A stretch of DNA of 64,000 nucleotides from IMG/VR virus record IMGVR_UViG_3300029319_000021. One strand, written 5' to 3'. Positions within the stretch are counted from its first letter, which is position 1. Each line of letters opens with the position of its first letter. This DNA comes from an uncultured virus (IMG/VR IMGVR_UViG_3300029319_000021) (lineage: Duplodnaviria; Heunggongvirae; Uroviricota; Caudoviricetes). Made by a program: the position numbers and the translations under genes. Positions 8,645-18,510 of this stretch are shown piece after piece. The notes below the pieces were generated by a model. The model did not search any database. It was not told the origin of the DNA and saw nothing but the letters and a program-made list of their open reading frames with translations.

Positions 8645-11600
8645 ATGAGTGGGATATTTACATTAGGAAAAGTTGGAATAAGACAAGGAAAAGGCACTTG
8701 GTCTACTGCATCTGATGTATGGTTAATTGGATCACCAGTATTAGTAAAAGAAAGTCCCGTTGGATATGTTGGTGGTGGTGTAAGTCCTTCTGGTACTTTT
8801 TCAAATATAGATCGAATTGATTATAGTAATGATAATACACAACCAGTAACAAGAAGTGGTTTAGCAAAGGCATGTAATGCAGGAGCTGGTTTAGGTAATC
8901 TAACTCATGGATATTTTGCTGGTGGTGTTCCTGGTCATATGTCAACCGTACAACGAATTGATTTTGCTAATGATACAACAGATGCAACAGTTAGAGGTCC
9001 ATTAAGTGGCGGTAGATATCTTCTTTCTGCCGTAGGTAATAATAATTTTGGATATTTTGGTGGTAGTTATGATCCTCCTGGTCCATATTCAACAATAGAT
9101 AGGATAGATTATAGTAATGATACAGTAGCAGCAACACCAAAAGGTCCATTAAGTCAAACTAGATCTGCTGGTGCAGGATTAGGTAATAGTGATTTTGGAT
9201 ACTTGGTTGGTGGTTATCCTGGTCCTAGTCGGAGTTCAAGAGTAGATAGAATTGAATATGCTAATGATACAGAAACAACATCAATAAAAGGATCATTAGC
9301 TACTGCTAGGTATAGACTTGGAGCAACAGGTAATGATAAATTTGGTTATGTGGGTGGAGGACATACTCCATCTTCAGATCAAGCAACTATCGTAGAAAGA
9401 ATTGATTATTCTACTGATACGTCAACAGCAGTAGCAAAAGGTCCATTAAGTGAAGCTTCTGGAAGAATTAGTGCAACAGGTAATTTAAATCAAGGATATT
9501 GGTCTGGTGGTTGGTCACCTGGTGCAGCATCATTTGTAAGACGTATTGATTTTAGTAATGATACTGCAACAGGAACCACAAAAGGATCATTAACTATTTC
9601 AAAGTATTATACGATGTCAGCAAGTGCTGCAGCTAATGCACTAGCAGCAACAATGCAAGATGTCGCATCAAATACGGGAGTTGATAGAGTACCCGTCGGA
9701 ACTGATTTTGGATACTTTGCTTCTGGTAATGGATATCCAACAGGAACAATAACAAGTGTAGAACGTATTGATTATGCAAGTGACACATCAACAGCGTCGC
9801 CAAAAGGTCCATTAGCTGCTGCTAGATATTTAATGGGAACTACAAGTAGTCTCACTCATGGATACTTTGGTGGTGGTCAGATTATTCCTGGATATACTAG
9901 GCAAACAACAGTGCAAAGAATTGATTATAGTAATGATACAGCAGTAGGAGTAATAAGAGGTCCGATAACTTCTGCTATATCATATTCTTGTGCAACAGGA
10001 AATACTGCTTTTGGATATTGGATGGGTGGTATAACTGCTGCTCCTGCTATTATATCAACAGTGGATAGAGTTGATTATAGTAATGATACATTAACAGCAA
10101 CACCAAGAGGTAATTTAAATACTGCTAGATATAGGACTCAAGCAGGATTAGCAAATGAATCTTATGGATATTATGCTGGTGGACAGGATCCTAGTACTAC
10201 ATCAGATGTAGATCGTATAGATTTTTCTAATGATACTGCAACATCATTGGCAAAAGGACCATTAAGTGCCCTTACTTATCTTTGTTCTGGGGCAGGTAAC
10301 AATAATTTTGGTTATGTGGCTGGAGGATCTTCTCCTGCAGGAAGATCAACAGTAGATAGAATTGATTTTACTAGTGATACATCAACAGCAGCACCCAAAG
10401 GTAATTTAAGTGTAGGAAAAAGAAAACATAGTTCAACAGGAAACAAATCTTTTGGATATTTTGGTGGTGGTACTAATCCCAGTTCTCCTGTTCTATCAAC
10501 AATAGATAGAATTGATTATAGTAATGATACTCCAGTAGCAGTAGCAAAAGGTCCATTGAGTGTTGCAAGAAGTGGGCAAGGTGCAGTAAGTTCTAGAGAA
10601 GGTGGACTTCCAACTGAAAACATTTATTCGACTATTGTTTCTAGTAATGAAGAAGTAAGTGGAACTAGAAATCCTACACCTAATCTTGGGTATTTTGCGG
10701 GTGGTTATAATCCAAGTGCTGTTCAGTCTGGAATTGATCGTATTGATTTTTCAAATGATACTGCGACAACATCTCAAGTAGCAAAGTTTACAGGAACTCC
10801 GTGGCCTCAACAACGAACATTATTTGGTGTTGCAAGTTTAACACATGCATATTGGGGTGGAGGTACACATACTTTAGGATCTGAATCTTCAGCGATATTT
10901 AGAACTGATTTTGCAAATGATACAACTGATGCTCCTGCAGTTGGTCCTTTATCAGCAGTTGGTGGAGATTTTTCAGCAGTAGGAAATAGTTCATATGGAT
11001 ATATTAATGGTGATAGTAAAAGTAGAGTTGATCGAATTGATTATTCAATCGATTCTGCGACAACTGTAGTTAAAGGAAATTTAAATCAAACAAGAGTTTA
11101 TCCTGGTGCAACAGGAACTCCTGCTTATGGATATTTTGGTGCTGGAGGACCAAGTAGATCATCAGTAGATCGTATTGATTATAGTAATGATATTAACGGA
11201 GCAACACCAAAAGGTCCATTAAGTAGATCCATCCAATATATTTCTGCAACAGGTAATGCTGATTTTGGATATTGGGGTGGTGGAGGACCAGGTTCAAGTT
11301 CAAAAGTTGATCGTCTTGATTATTCAAATGACTCAGTAACAGCATTAGTAAGAGGACCATTAGCTGTTGCTAAGAAACAGACTGGAGCGACAGGTAATCA
11401 ATCTTTTGGATACTTTGCAGGTGGTGCTCCTTCTACTGCATCAATAGTTCAAAGAGTTGATTATGCAAATGATACTGCAACAGCATCACCAAAAGGTCCA
11501 TTAAGTGTTGTAAAGGAAGATTTAGCAGGAGCAAGTGGTCAGGCAAATGCACTACCACAATATAGATTTACAATAAGCACTCCATTTGCCTTCGGAGAAA

Positions 11601-14434
11601 ACTCAAGAATAGCAGCAGTAGATAATTATTTTATAGGTCATGGATATGTTGCTGGTGGTCCTGGTAATGCTCCTGCCCCTACTAAACATACTCATGTAGA
11701 TAGAGTTGATTTTAGTAATGATATGGTGCAATCATCAATAAGAAGTCCTTTGCCTGAGGGGACAAATGGAATGGGAGCAGTAAGCAGTCAGACTCATGCG
11801 TATTTATTTGGTGGTGGTTATAGTCCTACTGTTAGTTTCTGTAGTAGAATAGATTATAGTAATGATACAGGAGCAGTATCACCAAGAGGTACCACAGCAG
11901 TTGAAAGACGTTGGTGGGCTACAGTAGGCACTGTTAATTTTGGATGGATGACTGGTGGAAAAAACCCGATTTATACAAAAATAGATCGAATAGATTATAG
12001 TAATGATACTGCAACTGCAACAGTAAGAGGTGTGCTTAGTTCTAGTAAATATACTACTGCTGGAGTAGGTAATAAAAATTATGGATGGTTTGGTGGTGGT
12101 ACTGATCCTTCTCTCCCATCGGCTCCTGTGTCATCAGTAGATAGAATGGAGTATGCAAATGATACTGCAACAGCAACACCTAAAGGTCCATTAAGTCGTA
12201 GTCAGGGTTATATAGGATCAACAGGTAACGCTGATTATGGATGGTTTGGTGGTGGATATCCTCCTACTGTATCATTAGTAGATCGAATTGATTATTCTAA
12301 TGATACTGCAACAGCATCACCAAGAGGTCCATTGGCTGTTCCTAATTGGTCTATGGGAGCGATGGGTAATTTATCTTATGGATGGTGGGGTAGTGGTGAT
12401 CCATCTGGTACAGTATTACAACGTATTGATTTTTCAAATGATACTACAACGGCATCAAGAAGAGCTGACATGGCTACTTCTAGAACTGAATCTTCTGCTA
12501 CAAGTAATACAGAGAATGCACTTCCACAAGGATTTTTACAAGGAACTGTTGGTACTTTTGGTGCTGGATATTGGGGTGCTGGTGGAAATCCATCTCAATC
12601 AGAATTCTCAACAGTAGATAGACTTGATTTTGCGAATGATACGGTAAAAGCATCACCAAGAGGTCCATTAAATATTACTGCAATGGAAATTGCAGCAACA
12701 AGTAGTACTTCTCATGGATATTTTGCTGGTGGAGAACCAAGTTCTCCTAGTCCTGGTACAACATACGTAGATAGAATTGATTATGCAAATGATTCTGCAA
12801 TAGCATCACCAAGAGGTCCATTAACTGTTCAGAGAAAAATATTTGGTGCAGTAAGTAATGTTCATTTCGGATACTTCGGTTCTGGACAGAGTGGTACTTC
12901 AAAAATAGATAGAATTGATTTTGGTAATGATACTGCAACAGCACCATCAGTAGCTAATTTCCCTGCTCCTGGTAGATTAACAGCAGCAACAGGTAATAAA
13001 AATTATGGATACTTTATAGGTGGTGCTAGTCCTGTTAGATCGTCAGTATCTAGAATTGATTATAGTAATGATACACCAACAGCAGCACTAAAAGGTCCAT
13101 TGAGTGCTGCCATAGGATATGGATCTGCATCAGGTAATGAGGACTTTGCATATCATATGGGTGGTTTTCCTGGACCGTCTACGCAGATGACAACAATAGA
13201 ACGAATTACTTATGCTAATGATACTGCAACGGGAATAGTAAAAGGTCCATTAAGTGTAAAAGTATCAAAAAATCGTGCAACAGGTAATCAATCTTTTGGA
13301 TATAGTGGTGGTGGTAGTCCTGCAGGAAACAGATCATCAATAGAAAGAATTGATTACTCTAATGACACAGCAGTAGGATCTGTAAGAAGTTCATTACATG
13401 CTGCTTTAAGTTATATGGGAGCATCAAGTGCCAGATCACACGCACTACCAATAGTCGGAAGTACAGTTTCTGAGTTCACTAATATTGTTACTCGACAATA
13501 CTATCCATCATCACAACGTGGATACTTTGCTGCTGGTATGAATCCTGTTCAGTCAAAGGTAGAACGAATTACTTATGCTAATGATACTGCAACAGCAATA
13601 TTAAAAGGACCATTAAGTTATTCAAATAAATTTGGAGCAGCAGCTGGCAATCAAAATTATGCATACTATACTGGTGGTGGATATCCTGCGGTTTCAAATA
13701 TAGATAGAATTGATTATGCTAATGATGATGCAACAGCAACACCAAAAGGTAATTTATCTGCTACTAGATATAGACATGGTGCAGTAGGTAATAAAGATTT
13801 TGGATGGTTTGCTGGTGGATATAATAAAAAATCATCAATGGATAGAATAGATTATAGTAATGATACAGCAACAGCATCACCAAGAGGATTTTTGAGTGAT
13901 GGTAGAGATTATCTTAAAGGATCAGGTAATGTAAATTATGGATGGTGGGGAGGTGGAACCGAAGGTGGATCTCCTTCTGATCCTGGAACATCTATGGTGG
14001 ATCGTATTGATTATGGTAATGATACAGCAACAGCATCACCAAAAGGACCATTAAGTTCTGCTAGAACTTATATTTCATCGACAGGTAATAAAGATTATGG
14101 ATATTGGGGTGGTGGTCAGTCTCAAGCTCACCCAGGAACTGAATACTCAACTGTAGATCGAGTTGATTACTCAAATGATACAGCAACAGCAACAGTCAAA
14201 GGTCCTCTTGCCACTACTAGATCAGTAGGTGCAGCAACGGGTAATAAAGATTTTGGATATTTTGCTGGAGATTATCCCGCAGGACCTGCAGCATCATGGC
14301 AACAAGGTATTGATAGAATAGATTTTTCCAATGATACTGCAACAGCACTAGTAAAAGGTGCTCTTATATCTAAAAAATACATAATGGCATCTTTCTCTGG
14401 TGGAGAAAATGGACTTCCCCAATTTGGTGGATAA
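8645..14434 (+). CDS. Giant Kelch-like beta-propeller repeat protein A (36 repeats, 6 domains x 6 blades)
   Basis: Repeat GYF.GG-x(n)-S.VDRIDYSNDTATA..KGPLS-x(n)-ATGN counted 36 times in six blocks separated by unique linkers; GAGG RBS upstream. Confidence 0.85.
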   Translation: MSGIFTLGKVGIRQGKGTWSTASDVWLIGSPVLVKESPVGYVGGGVSPSGTFSNIDRIDYSNDNTQPVTRSGLAKACNAGAGLGNLTHGYFAGGVPGHMSTVQRIDFANDTTDATVRGPLSGGRYLLSAVGNNNFGYFGGSYDPPGPYSTIDRIDYSNDTVAATPKGPLSQTRSAGAGLGNSDFGYLVGGYPGPSRSSRVDRIEYANDTETTSIKGSLATARYRLGATGNDKFGYVGGGHTPSSDQATIVERIDYSTDTSTAVAKGPLSEASGRISATGNLNQGYWSGGWSPGAASFVRRIDFSNDTATGTTKGSLTISKYYTMSASAAANALAATMQDVASNTGVDRVPVGTDFGYFASGNGYPTGTITSVERIDYASDTSTASPKGPLAAARYLMGTTSSLTHGYFGGGQIIPGYTRQTTVQRIDYSNDTAVGVIRGPITSAISYSCATGNTAFGYWMGGITAAPAIISTVDRVDYSNDTLTATPRGNLNTARYRTQAGLANESYGYYAGGQDPSTTSDVDRIDFSNDTATSLAKGPLSALTYLCSGAGNNNFGYVAGGSSPAGRSTVDRIDFTSDTSTAAPKGNLSVGKRKHSSTGNKSFGYFGGGTNPSSPVLSTIDRIDYSNDTPVAVAKGPLSVARSGQGAVSSREGGLPTENIYSTIVSSNEEVSGTRNPTPNLGYFAGGYNPSAVQSGIDRIDFSNDTATTSQVAKFTGTPWPQQRTLFGVASLTHAYWGGGTHTLGSESSAIFRTDFANDTTDAPAVGPLSAVGGDFSAVGNSSYGYINGDSKSRVDRIDYSIDSATTVVKGNLNQTRVYPGATGTPAYGYFGAGGPSRSSVDRIDYSNDINGATPKGPLSRSIQYISATGNADFGYWGGGGPGSSSKVDRLDYSNDSVTALVRGPLAVAKKQTGATGNQSFGYFAGGAPSTASIVQRVDYANDTATASPKGPLSVVKEDLAGASGQANALPQYRFTISTPFAFGENSRIAAVDNYFIGHGYVAGGPGNAPAPTKHTHVDRVDFSNDMVQSSIRSPLPEGTNGMGAVSSQTHAYLFGGGYSPTVSFCSRIDYSNDTGAVSPRGTTAVERRWWATVGTVNFGWMTGGKNPIYTKIDRIDYSNDTATATVRGVLSSSKYTTAGVGNKNYGWFGGGTDPSLPSAPVSSVDRMEYANDTATATPKGPLSRSQGYIGSTGNADYGWFGGGYPPTVSLVDRIDYSNDTATASPRGPLAVPNWSMGAMGNLSYGWWGSGDPSGTVLQRIDFSNDTTTASRRADMATSRTESSATSNTENALPQGFLQGTVGTFGAGYWGAGGNPSQSEFSTVDRLDFANDTVKASPRGPLNITAMEIAATSSTSHGYFAGGEPSSPSPGTTYVDRIDYANDSAIASPRGPLTVQRKIFGAVSNVHFGYFGSGQSGTSKIDRIDFGNDTATAPSVANFPAPGRLTAATGNKNYGYFIGGASPVRSSVSRIDYSNDTPTAALKGPLSAAIGYGSASGNEDFAYHMGGFPGPSTQMTTIERITYANDTATGIVKGPLSVKVSKNRATGNQSFGYSGGGSPAGNRSSIERIDYSNDTAVGSVRSSLHAALSYMGASSARSHALPIVGSTVSEFTNIVTRQYYPSSQRGYFAAGMNPVQSKVERITYANDTATAILKGPLSYSNKFGAAAGNQNYAYYTGGGYPAVSNIDRIDYANDDATATPKGNLSATRYRHGAVGNKDFGWFAGGYNKKSSMDRIDYSNDTATASPRGFLSDGRDYLKGSGNVNYGWWGGGTEGGSPSDPGTSMVDRIDYGNDTATASPKGPLSSARTYISSTGNKDYGYWGGGQSQAHPGTEYSTVDRVDYSNDTATATVKGPLATTRSVGAATGNKDFGYFAGDYPAGPAASWQQGIDRIDFSNDTATALVKGALISKKYIMASFSGGENGLPQFGG

Positions 14435-14436
14435 TG

Positions 14437-14445
14437 TGCTATAAT
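14437..14445 (+). promoter_or_regulatory. Extended -10 (TGnTATAAT) sigma70-type promoter candidate
   Basis: TGCTATAAT just after the propeller A stop codon; identical copy after propeller B. Confidence 0.5.
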
Positions 14446-14470
14446 ATATAAGAAACAAATATAATTGTTT

Positions 14471-15124
14471 ATGGGTGTGATGATTGCCCTCCCTTGTCAC
14501 GGAGGGATTGTGGCAGAAAAAACTACGATGAGTTTATTCAATCTGGGTAAGCTCTTTGTTCGTAGTGGAATTCCACATGGATTATTGACACAAGCAAACT
14601 CTTCTTTGATTACTCAGGGAAGATCAAAGTGTGTTAGTTTCTTTATGAACAATACAGACCATGAATATTTGTTCTTTTTAGACAGTGATATTGGATTTAA
14701 TCCTGAAGATGTGTTAAAGTTAATAAATCATCAGGTTGATATTGTTACTGGTGCATATCCGATGAAGACAATACCCATAAGATATTGTGTGAATATCATA
14801 CAACCAGAGCAAAGGAAAGGTGATTTAGTTAAGATAGAAGGAAATGGAATGGGGTTCACACTCATTCATCGTAATGTCTTTACAAAAATGGCACAAAACT
14901 TTCCTGAATTAAAATATACTCCTCCTACTAAGGACAGTAATATTCCACCCACACAGGGAGAAATAGATAATTCATATCATTTCTTTATGGAACATAAAAA
15001 AGGCGATGGGTTCTTATCTGAAGACAAGAGTTTCTTTTTTCGAGCAACTATGCTAGGATATGATACATGGCTAGATACTACAATTAAACTCCAACATGTT
15101 GGTTCACATATTTTCGCAGAATAA
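14471..15124 (+). CDS. GT-A fold glycosyltransferase-like protein
   Basis: SLITQGR...YLFFLDSD (DxD), GMGFTLIHR and SED motifs; ATG at 14471 preferred over TTG at 14465. Confidence 0.75.
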   Translation: MGVMIALPCHGGIVAEKTTMSLFNLGKLFVRSGIPHGLLTQANSSLITQGRSKCVSFFMNNTDHEYLFFLDSDIGFNPEDVLKLINHQVDIVTGAYPMKTIPIRYCVNIIQPEQRKGDLVKIEGNGMGFTLIHRNVFTKMAQNFPELKYTPPTKDSNIPPTQGEIDNSYHFFMEHKKGDGFLSEDKSFFFRATMLGYDTWLDTTIKLQHVGSHIFAE

Positions 15125-15127
15125 ATT

Positions 15128-16921
15128 ATGAAATCTGGTTCTACCGAGAGTGCATATCATTATCTTGCAGAGCACTATAAATTTCCTGAAGATGTAGAAG
15201 TTACACATTTTCCTGATAAATTAAGACAATCTACTAAGAAATATAAAATTCTTTGGGCACATCATGCATATGATCAACCAGTATTCAATGGTTTTAATCA
15301 TAATACAGTAGATCATATCGTTATTCCTTCTCATTGGGCGAAGGAGCAATTGATTAAGTATCATCATGTACCTAAAGATAAGATTACTGTAATTGCAACA
15401 GGTGTATCTGAGAAATTTACTTTCTCAGAGAATAAAACTAAGACTTTTATTCATACTTCTGTACCATATAAAGGATTAGAATTATTTCCTGCGATTATAC
15501 CTCTGATTCATCAGAGACATCCTGATGCTAAGTTTAAAATCTTTTCATCAATGTCTTTATATGGTCAGGTTAATGATCCATACATTGAATTGTATGATAA
15601 ACTAAAGATGATGCCGAATGTAGAGTATTCTGCAGTAGTTGATCAAGAAGAGTTGGTCAAGTGCTATCAAGAAGCTGCATTCTTCTTCCATCCAAATATT
15701 TGGGAGGAAGTATTCTGTGTATCAATGGCAGAGGCAATGAAGTCTGGTGCTTATCCAATCATTACAAACATTGGAGCACTACCAGAAGTGTCAACAGAAC
15801 AGTTTGCATCTATAGTTCCAATTGATGGAACCCGAACTACGGAGAAATATGTAGTTACAGATGCCTTTATAAATAAATTCGCAGAGGTTTGTTGTACTGC
15901 TCTAGATTATTTTGAAAATGATCGAACACTATATAATCAGATCTCAAAATCTGCTTCAAATCACATTACACAAAAATGTGATTGGAAGAAAATCTCTAAA
16001 CAATGGGAAAAATTAATTACAAAAATTACAAGTGGACAACCTATGACTACCGAAAGCACTGATAAGAAAAATACTGCCTTATCATATGAACCAATTGATG
16101 CTCATCAAGCAGTTCAAGATGATGATTACCTTTATAGAGCATTTGAAAATGTAATGAAGTGGGAGGAGAGTGATAAAGAACTCGCACAGGGTAGAACAAA
16201 CTTCCAGTTAGAAAAGTTTGCACTACTTGATACTCATACACTTCCAGTTGCTTTTGAAAACAGTCTTAAGTCAAGAAGACAGATGGCAGAAGGATATATG
16301 TACAAACTCATTGAGATGAAAGAGAAGGTACGTGAGTTTGAGTACAAGTGGAAGGATAGAGACAGAACAAAACCTCTTATGTGGGAAGCTGGTGGAGGTC
16401 CAGATAGTAGTAAGAAATTATGTTGGTTCGATTTGGATGAACTATCACTTACACACTACCTAAAGTCTAGTGAGTTAGAAATTCGTGATAGACTACACCA
16501 GATGGAGCATTTAGATAAGATTCTTGAGAAACTTATTGAACAGAATGGTGGTAAGGTAGTAAGTCGTCAACAATTCCTTGATAATGATGGTGCATATTGG
16601 GAGCGTAGATTTGCTGATCAGGCAATGGATGAAATGATTGCTGCTCAGACTGGTATTTCTATCGGTAATCTTCATAGTATGCGTCGTGCATCTGCACCAG
16701 CAATTGTTGATAAGAGAAATGAATTACCAAATGGATATGTAGGATTGAATAAGGTTCTTGAAAGTCCACAAGGTAAGATGGATTTCCTTAACGATCTTCA
16801 GAAGAAAGTTCTTAATGGTATTGAGGAAGTGACTGGTGAGAGTCTAATGCTTGGAGGCACTAAAGAAGAAGAACAGAAGAGACTAGAAGCAGAGAAGAAG
16901 AGACTAGAAGCAGGTCAATAA
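15128..16921 (+). CDS. GT-B (family 4-like) glycosyltransferase fused to a C-terminal helical domain of unknown function
   Basis: HTSVPYKGL, EVFCVSMAEAM (E-x7-E) and GALPE motifs in the first ~300 aa; charged helical C-half. Confidence 0.8.
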   Translation: MKSGSTESAYHYLAEHYKFPEDVEVTHFPDKLRQSTKKYKILWAHHAYDQPVFNGFNHNTVDHIVIPSHWAKEQLIKYHHVPKDKITVIATGVSEKFTFSENKTKTFIHTSVPYKGLELFPAIIPLIHQRHPDAKFKIFSSMSLYGQVNDPYIELYDKLKMMPNVEYSAVVDQEELVKCYQEAAFFFHPNIWEEVFCVSMAEAMKSGAYPIITNIGALPEVSTEQFASIVPIDGTRTTEKYVVTDAFINKFAEVCCTALDYFENDRTLYNQISKSASNHITQKCDWKKISKQWEKLITKITSGQPMTTESTDKKNTALSYEPIDAHQAVQDDDYLYRAFENVMKWEESDKELAQGRTNFQLEKFALLDTHTLPVAFENSLKSRRQMAEGYMYKLIEMKEKVREFEYKWKDRDRTKPLMWEAGGGPDSSKKLCWFDLDELSLTHYLKSSELEIRDRLHQMEHLDKILEKLIEQNGGKVVSRQQFLDNDGAYWERRFADQAMDEMIAAQTGISIGNLHSMRRASAPAIVDKRNELPNGYVGLNKVLESPQGKMDFLNDLQKKVLNGIEEVTGESLMLGGTKEEEQKRLEAEKKRLEAGQ

Positions 16922-16942
16922 ATTTTCCTGATTTCAAAATCA

Positions 16943-17004
16943 ACTTTTAATTCCAAAAATAGGCGAAAAAAAATCCCAGTATTTTTTTCGTCTATAGGTT
17001 TTTT
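16943..17004. repeat. A-tract/T-tract hairpin element, copy 1
   Basis: ATAGGCGAAAAAAAAT-cccagt-ATTTTTTTCGTCTAT inverted repeat; related copy at 30397-30456. Confidence 0.65.
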
Positions 17005-17021
17005 ATAAAAGGTAATTAATT

Positions 17022-17558
17022 ATGAACCAAAAAATTATTGTTGTAGATAATTTTTATGATATTGCACACATGTACCATAAAAGTTTCTCTGAACATGTGA
17101 AAGAAATTAATCCTCAAGAACTACCAGATAAATTATCACATATTTTAGATCGACCTATCGATATATTAGAAGGTTTCAATATAGTTGACAATGAAAATAC
17201 ACCTAATGCAATTACTGCAAATACTGGATGTGATTGGATTGCTGTAATCTATCTCACGATGCCAGCAGATTGCATCATGAAGAAAGGTATAAGTTTCTAT
17301 TCACATAAGGCAACAAGGTTAGAATCTTTTCCCAATGAAAGTGAGATGGATATTCATGGGTGGCAGAATATGGAAGATATAATGAGGACATTTGATGTTA
17401 ATAATAATGAACAATGGGAAGAATATACTAATTTATTTGTAAGGTATAATAGATTGGTTCTATTTCGTGCTGATTTGTGGCACTCTTATGGAACTGGTTT
17501 TGGCACTGAACTAAATAAATCAATGATGTACCAAAAAGTATTAATACGAAATATCTAG
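17022..17558 (+). CDS. DUF6445-like 2OG-Fe(II) oxygenase-fold protein (degenerate HxD)
   Basis: IIVVDNFY...WIAVIYL...YNRLVLF...WHS pattern; paralogous to the next gene. Confidence 0.65.
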   Translation: MNQKIIVVDNFYDIAHMYHKSFSEHVKEINPQELPDKLSHILDRPIDILEGFNIVDNENTPNAITANTGCDWIAVIYLTMPADCIMKKGISFYSHKATRLESFPNESEMDIHGWQNMEDIMRTFDVNNNEQWEEYTNLFVRYNRLVLFRADLWHSYGTGFGTELNKSMMYQKVLIRNI

Positions 17559-17565
17559 AATTTAT

Positions 17566-18270
17566 ATGAGACAAAATATTATTATTGTTGATGATTTTTA
17601 TGACAATCCCCAAGAGGTAAGGGATCGTGCATTATCTGTAGAATATCCAGAACCAGAAGGAGGATATACTTATCCTGGAAAAAATTCTAAGGGTTCATAT
17701 TATAATGATGAAGTTCATGGTGCATTTGAGAAATTAGTAAAGGGTGGTTTGAATCCTGCGGATCAGAATGGATACTTTCGTATCTCATTAGACGGAGTTA
17801 AACATAAACAAGATGTTCATGTCGATCCTGGTTGGGATTGGGGTGCAGTTATATACTTATCTAAACCAGAGGATTGTTATGCTGAAGGTGGTACTTCTTT
17901 CTGGAGACACAATGATCTCCATTGGGATTGGTGTCCGAATGATGATGAACATGCACAGGTATATGGATATCCAACATATAAAGAAGCATGGTGGACAACT
18001 GTTTATGGTATGGGACAGAATAGAGAAGAATGGACTAGATATATGTTATGTCCTATGAAATATAATAGATTAGTATTATTTCGCACTCGTCTTTGGCACT
18101 CTCATAGTGAGAACTTCGGTGATACTCTTGAGAATGGTAGATTAGTTCAATTATTTTTCTTTAGTGATAAGAAAGAAAGTAAAGAACTTTGGAGAGATCA
18201 TCGTAATCTTGATTGGGGTAAAAAAAATAAAAAAAGATCTGAGGAAGACGAAAATTTTTTTGCAAAATAA
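17566..18270 (+). CDS. DUF6445-like 2OG-Fe(II) oxygenase
   Basis: IIIVDDFY, HVD, GGTSF, YNRLVLF..WHS, RLVQLFF. Confidence 0.75.
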   Translation: MRQNIIIVDDFYDNPQEVRDRALSVEYPEPEGGYTYPGKNSKGSYYNDEVHGAFEKLVKGGLNPADQNGYFRISLDGVKHKQDVHVDPGWDWGAVIYLSKPEDCYAEGGTSFWRHNDLHWDWCPNDDEHAQVYGYPTYKEAWWTTVYGMGQNREEWTRYMLCPMKYNRLVLFRTRLWHSHSENFGDTLENGRLVQLFFFSDKKESKELWRDHRNLDWGKKNKKRSEEDENFFAK

Positions 18271-18273
18271 ATT

Positions 18274-18498
18274 ATGAAAACAGATAGATTGATAGTTGCT
18301 GCCAGAATGATAGGCACATATGGTATAATATTGGGATACTTTGTTACATTACATGTGAGCACTCTCTTTGGTGCTATGCTTAATGTAACTTTTGAAATAC
18401 TTGCATTACCTTTCTATTTGAAAAATAAAATGTGGGATGTTGTAATCATGTTCGGATTCCTATTAACAATAGGATTTACTAAAATTGCTATGGGTTAA
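18274..18498 (+). CDS. Small membrane protein
   Basis: 74 aa, mostly hydrophobic; fills the gap in a tightly packed operon. Confidence 0.6.
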   Translation: MKTDRLIVAARMIGTYGIILGYFVTLHVSTLFGAMLNVTFEILALPFYLKNKMWDVVIMFGFLLTIGFTKIAMG

Positions 18499-18510
18499 AA
18501 CAAATAGATT

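Noticed and set aside
12288..12617. Alternative-frame + strand ORFs (also 17813, 34238, 39176, 51364, 54979, 62166)
   Set aside because: Contained within or largely overlapping well-supported genes; composition typical of off-frame reading
16875..16913. Short tandem repeat AGAAGAGACTAGAAGCAG x2
   Set aside because: Simple in-frame duplication (KRLEA) at a low-complexity C-terminus
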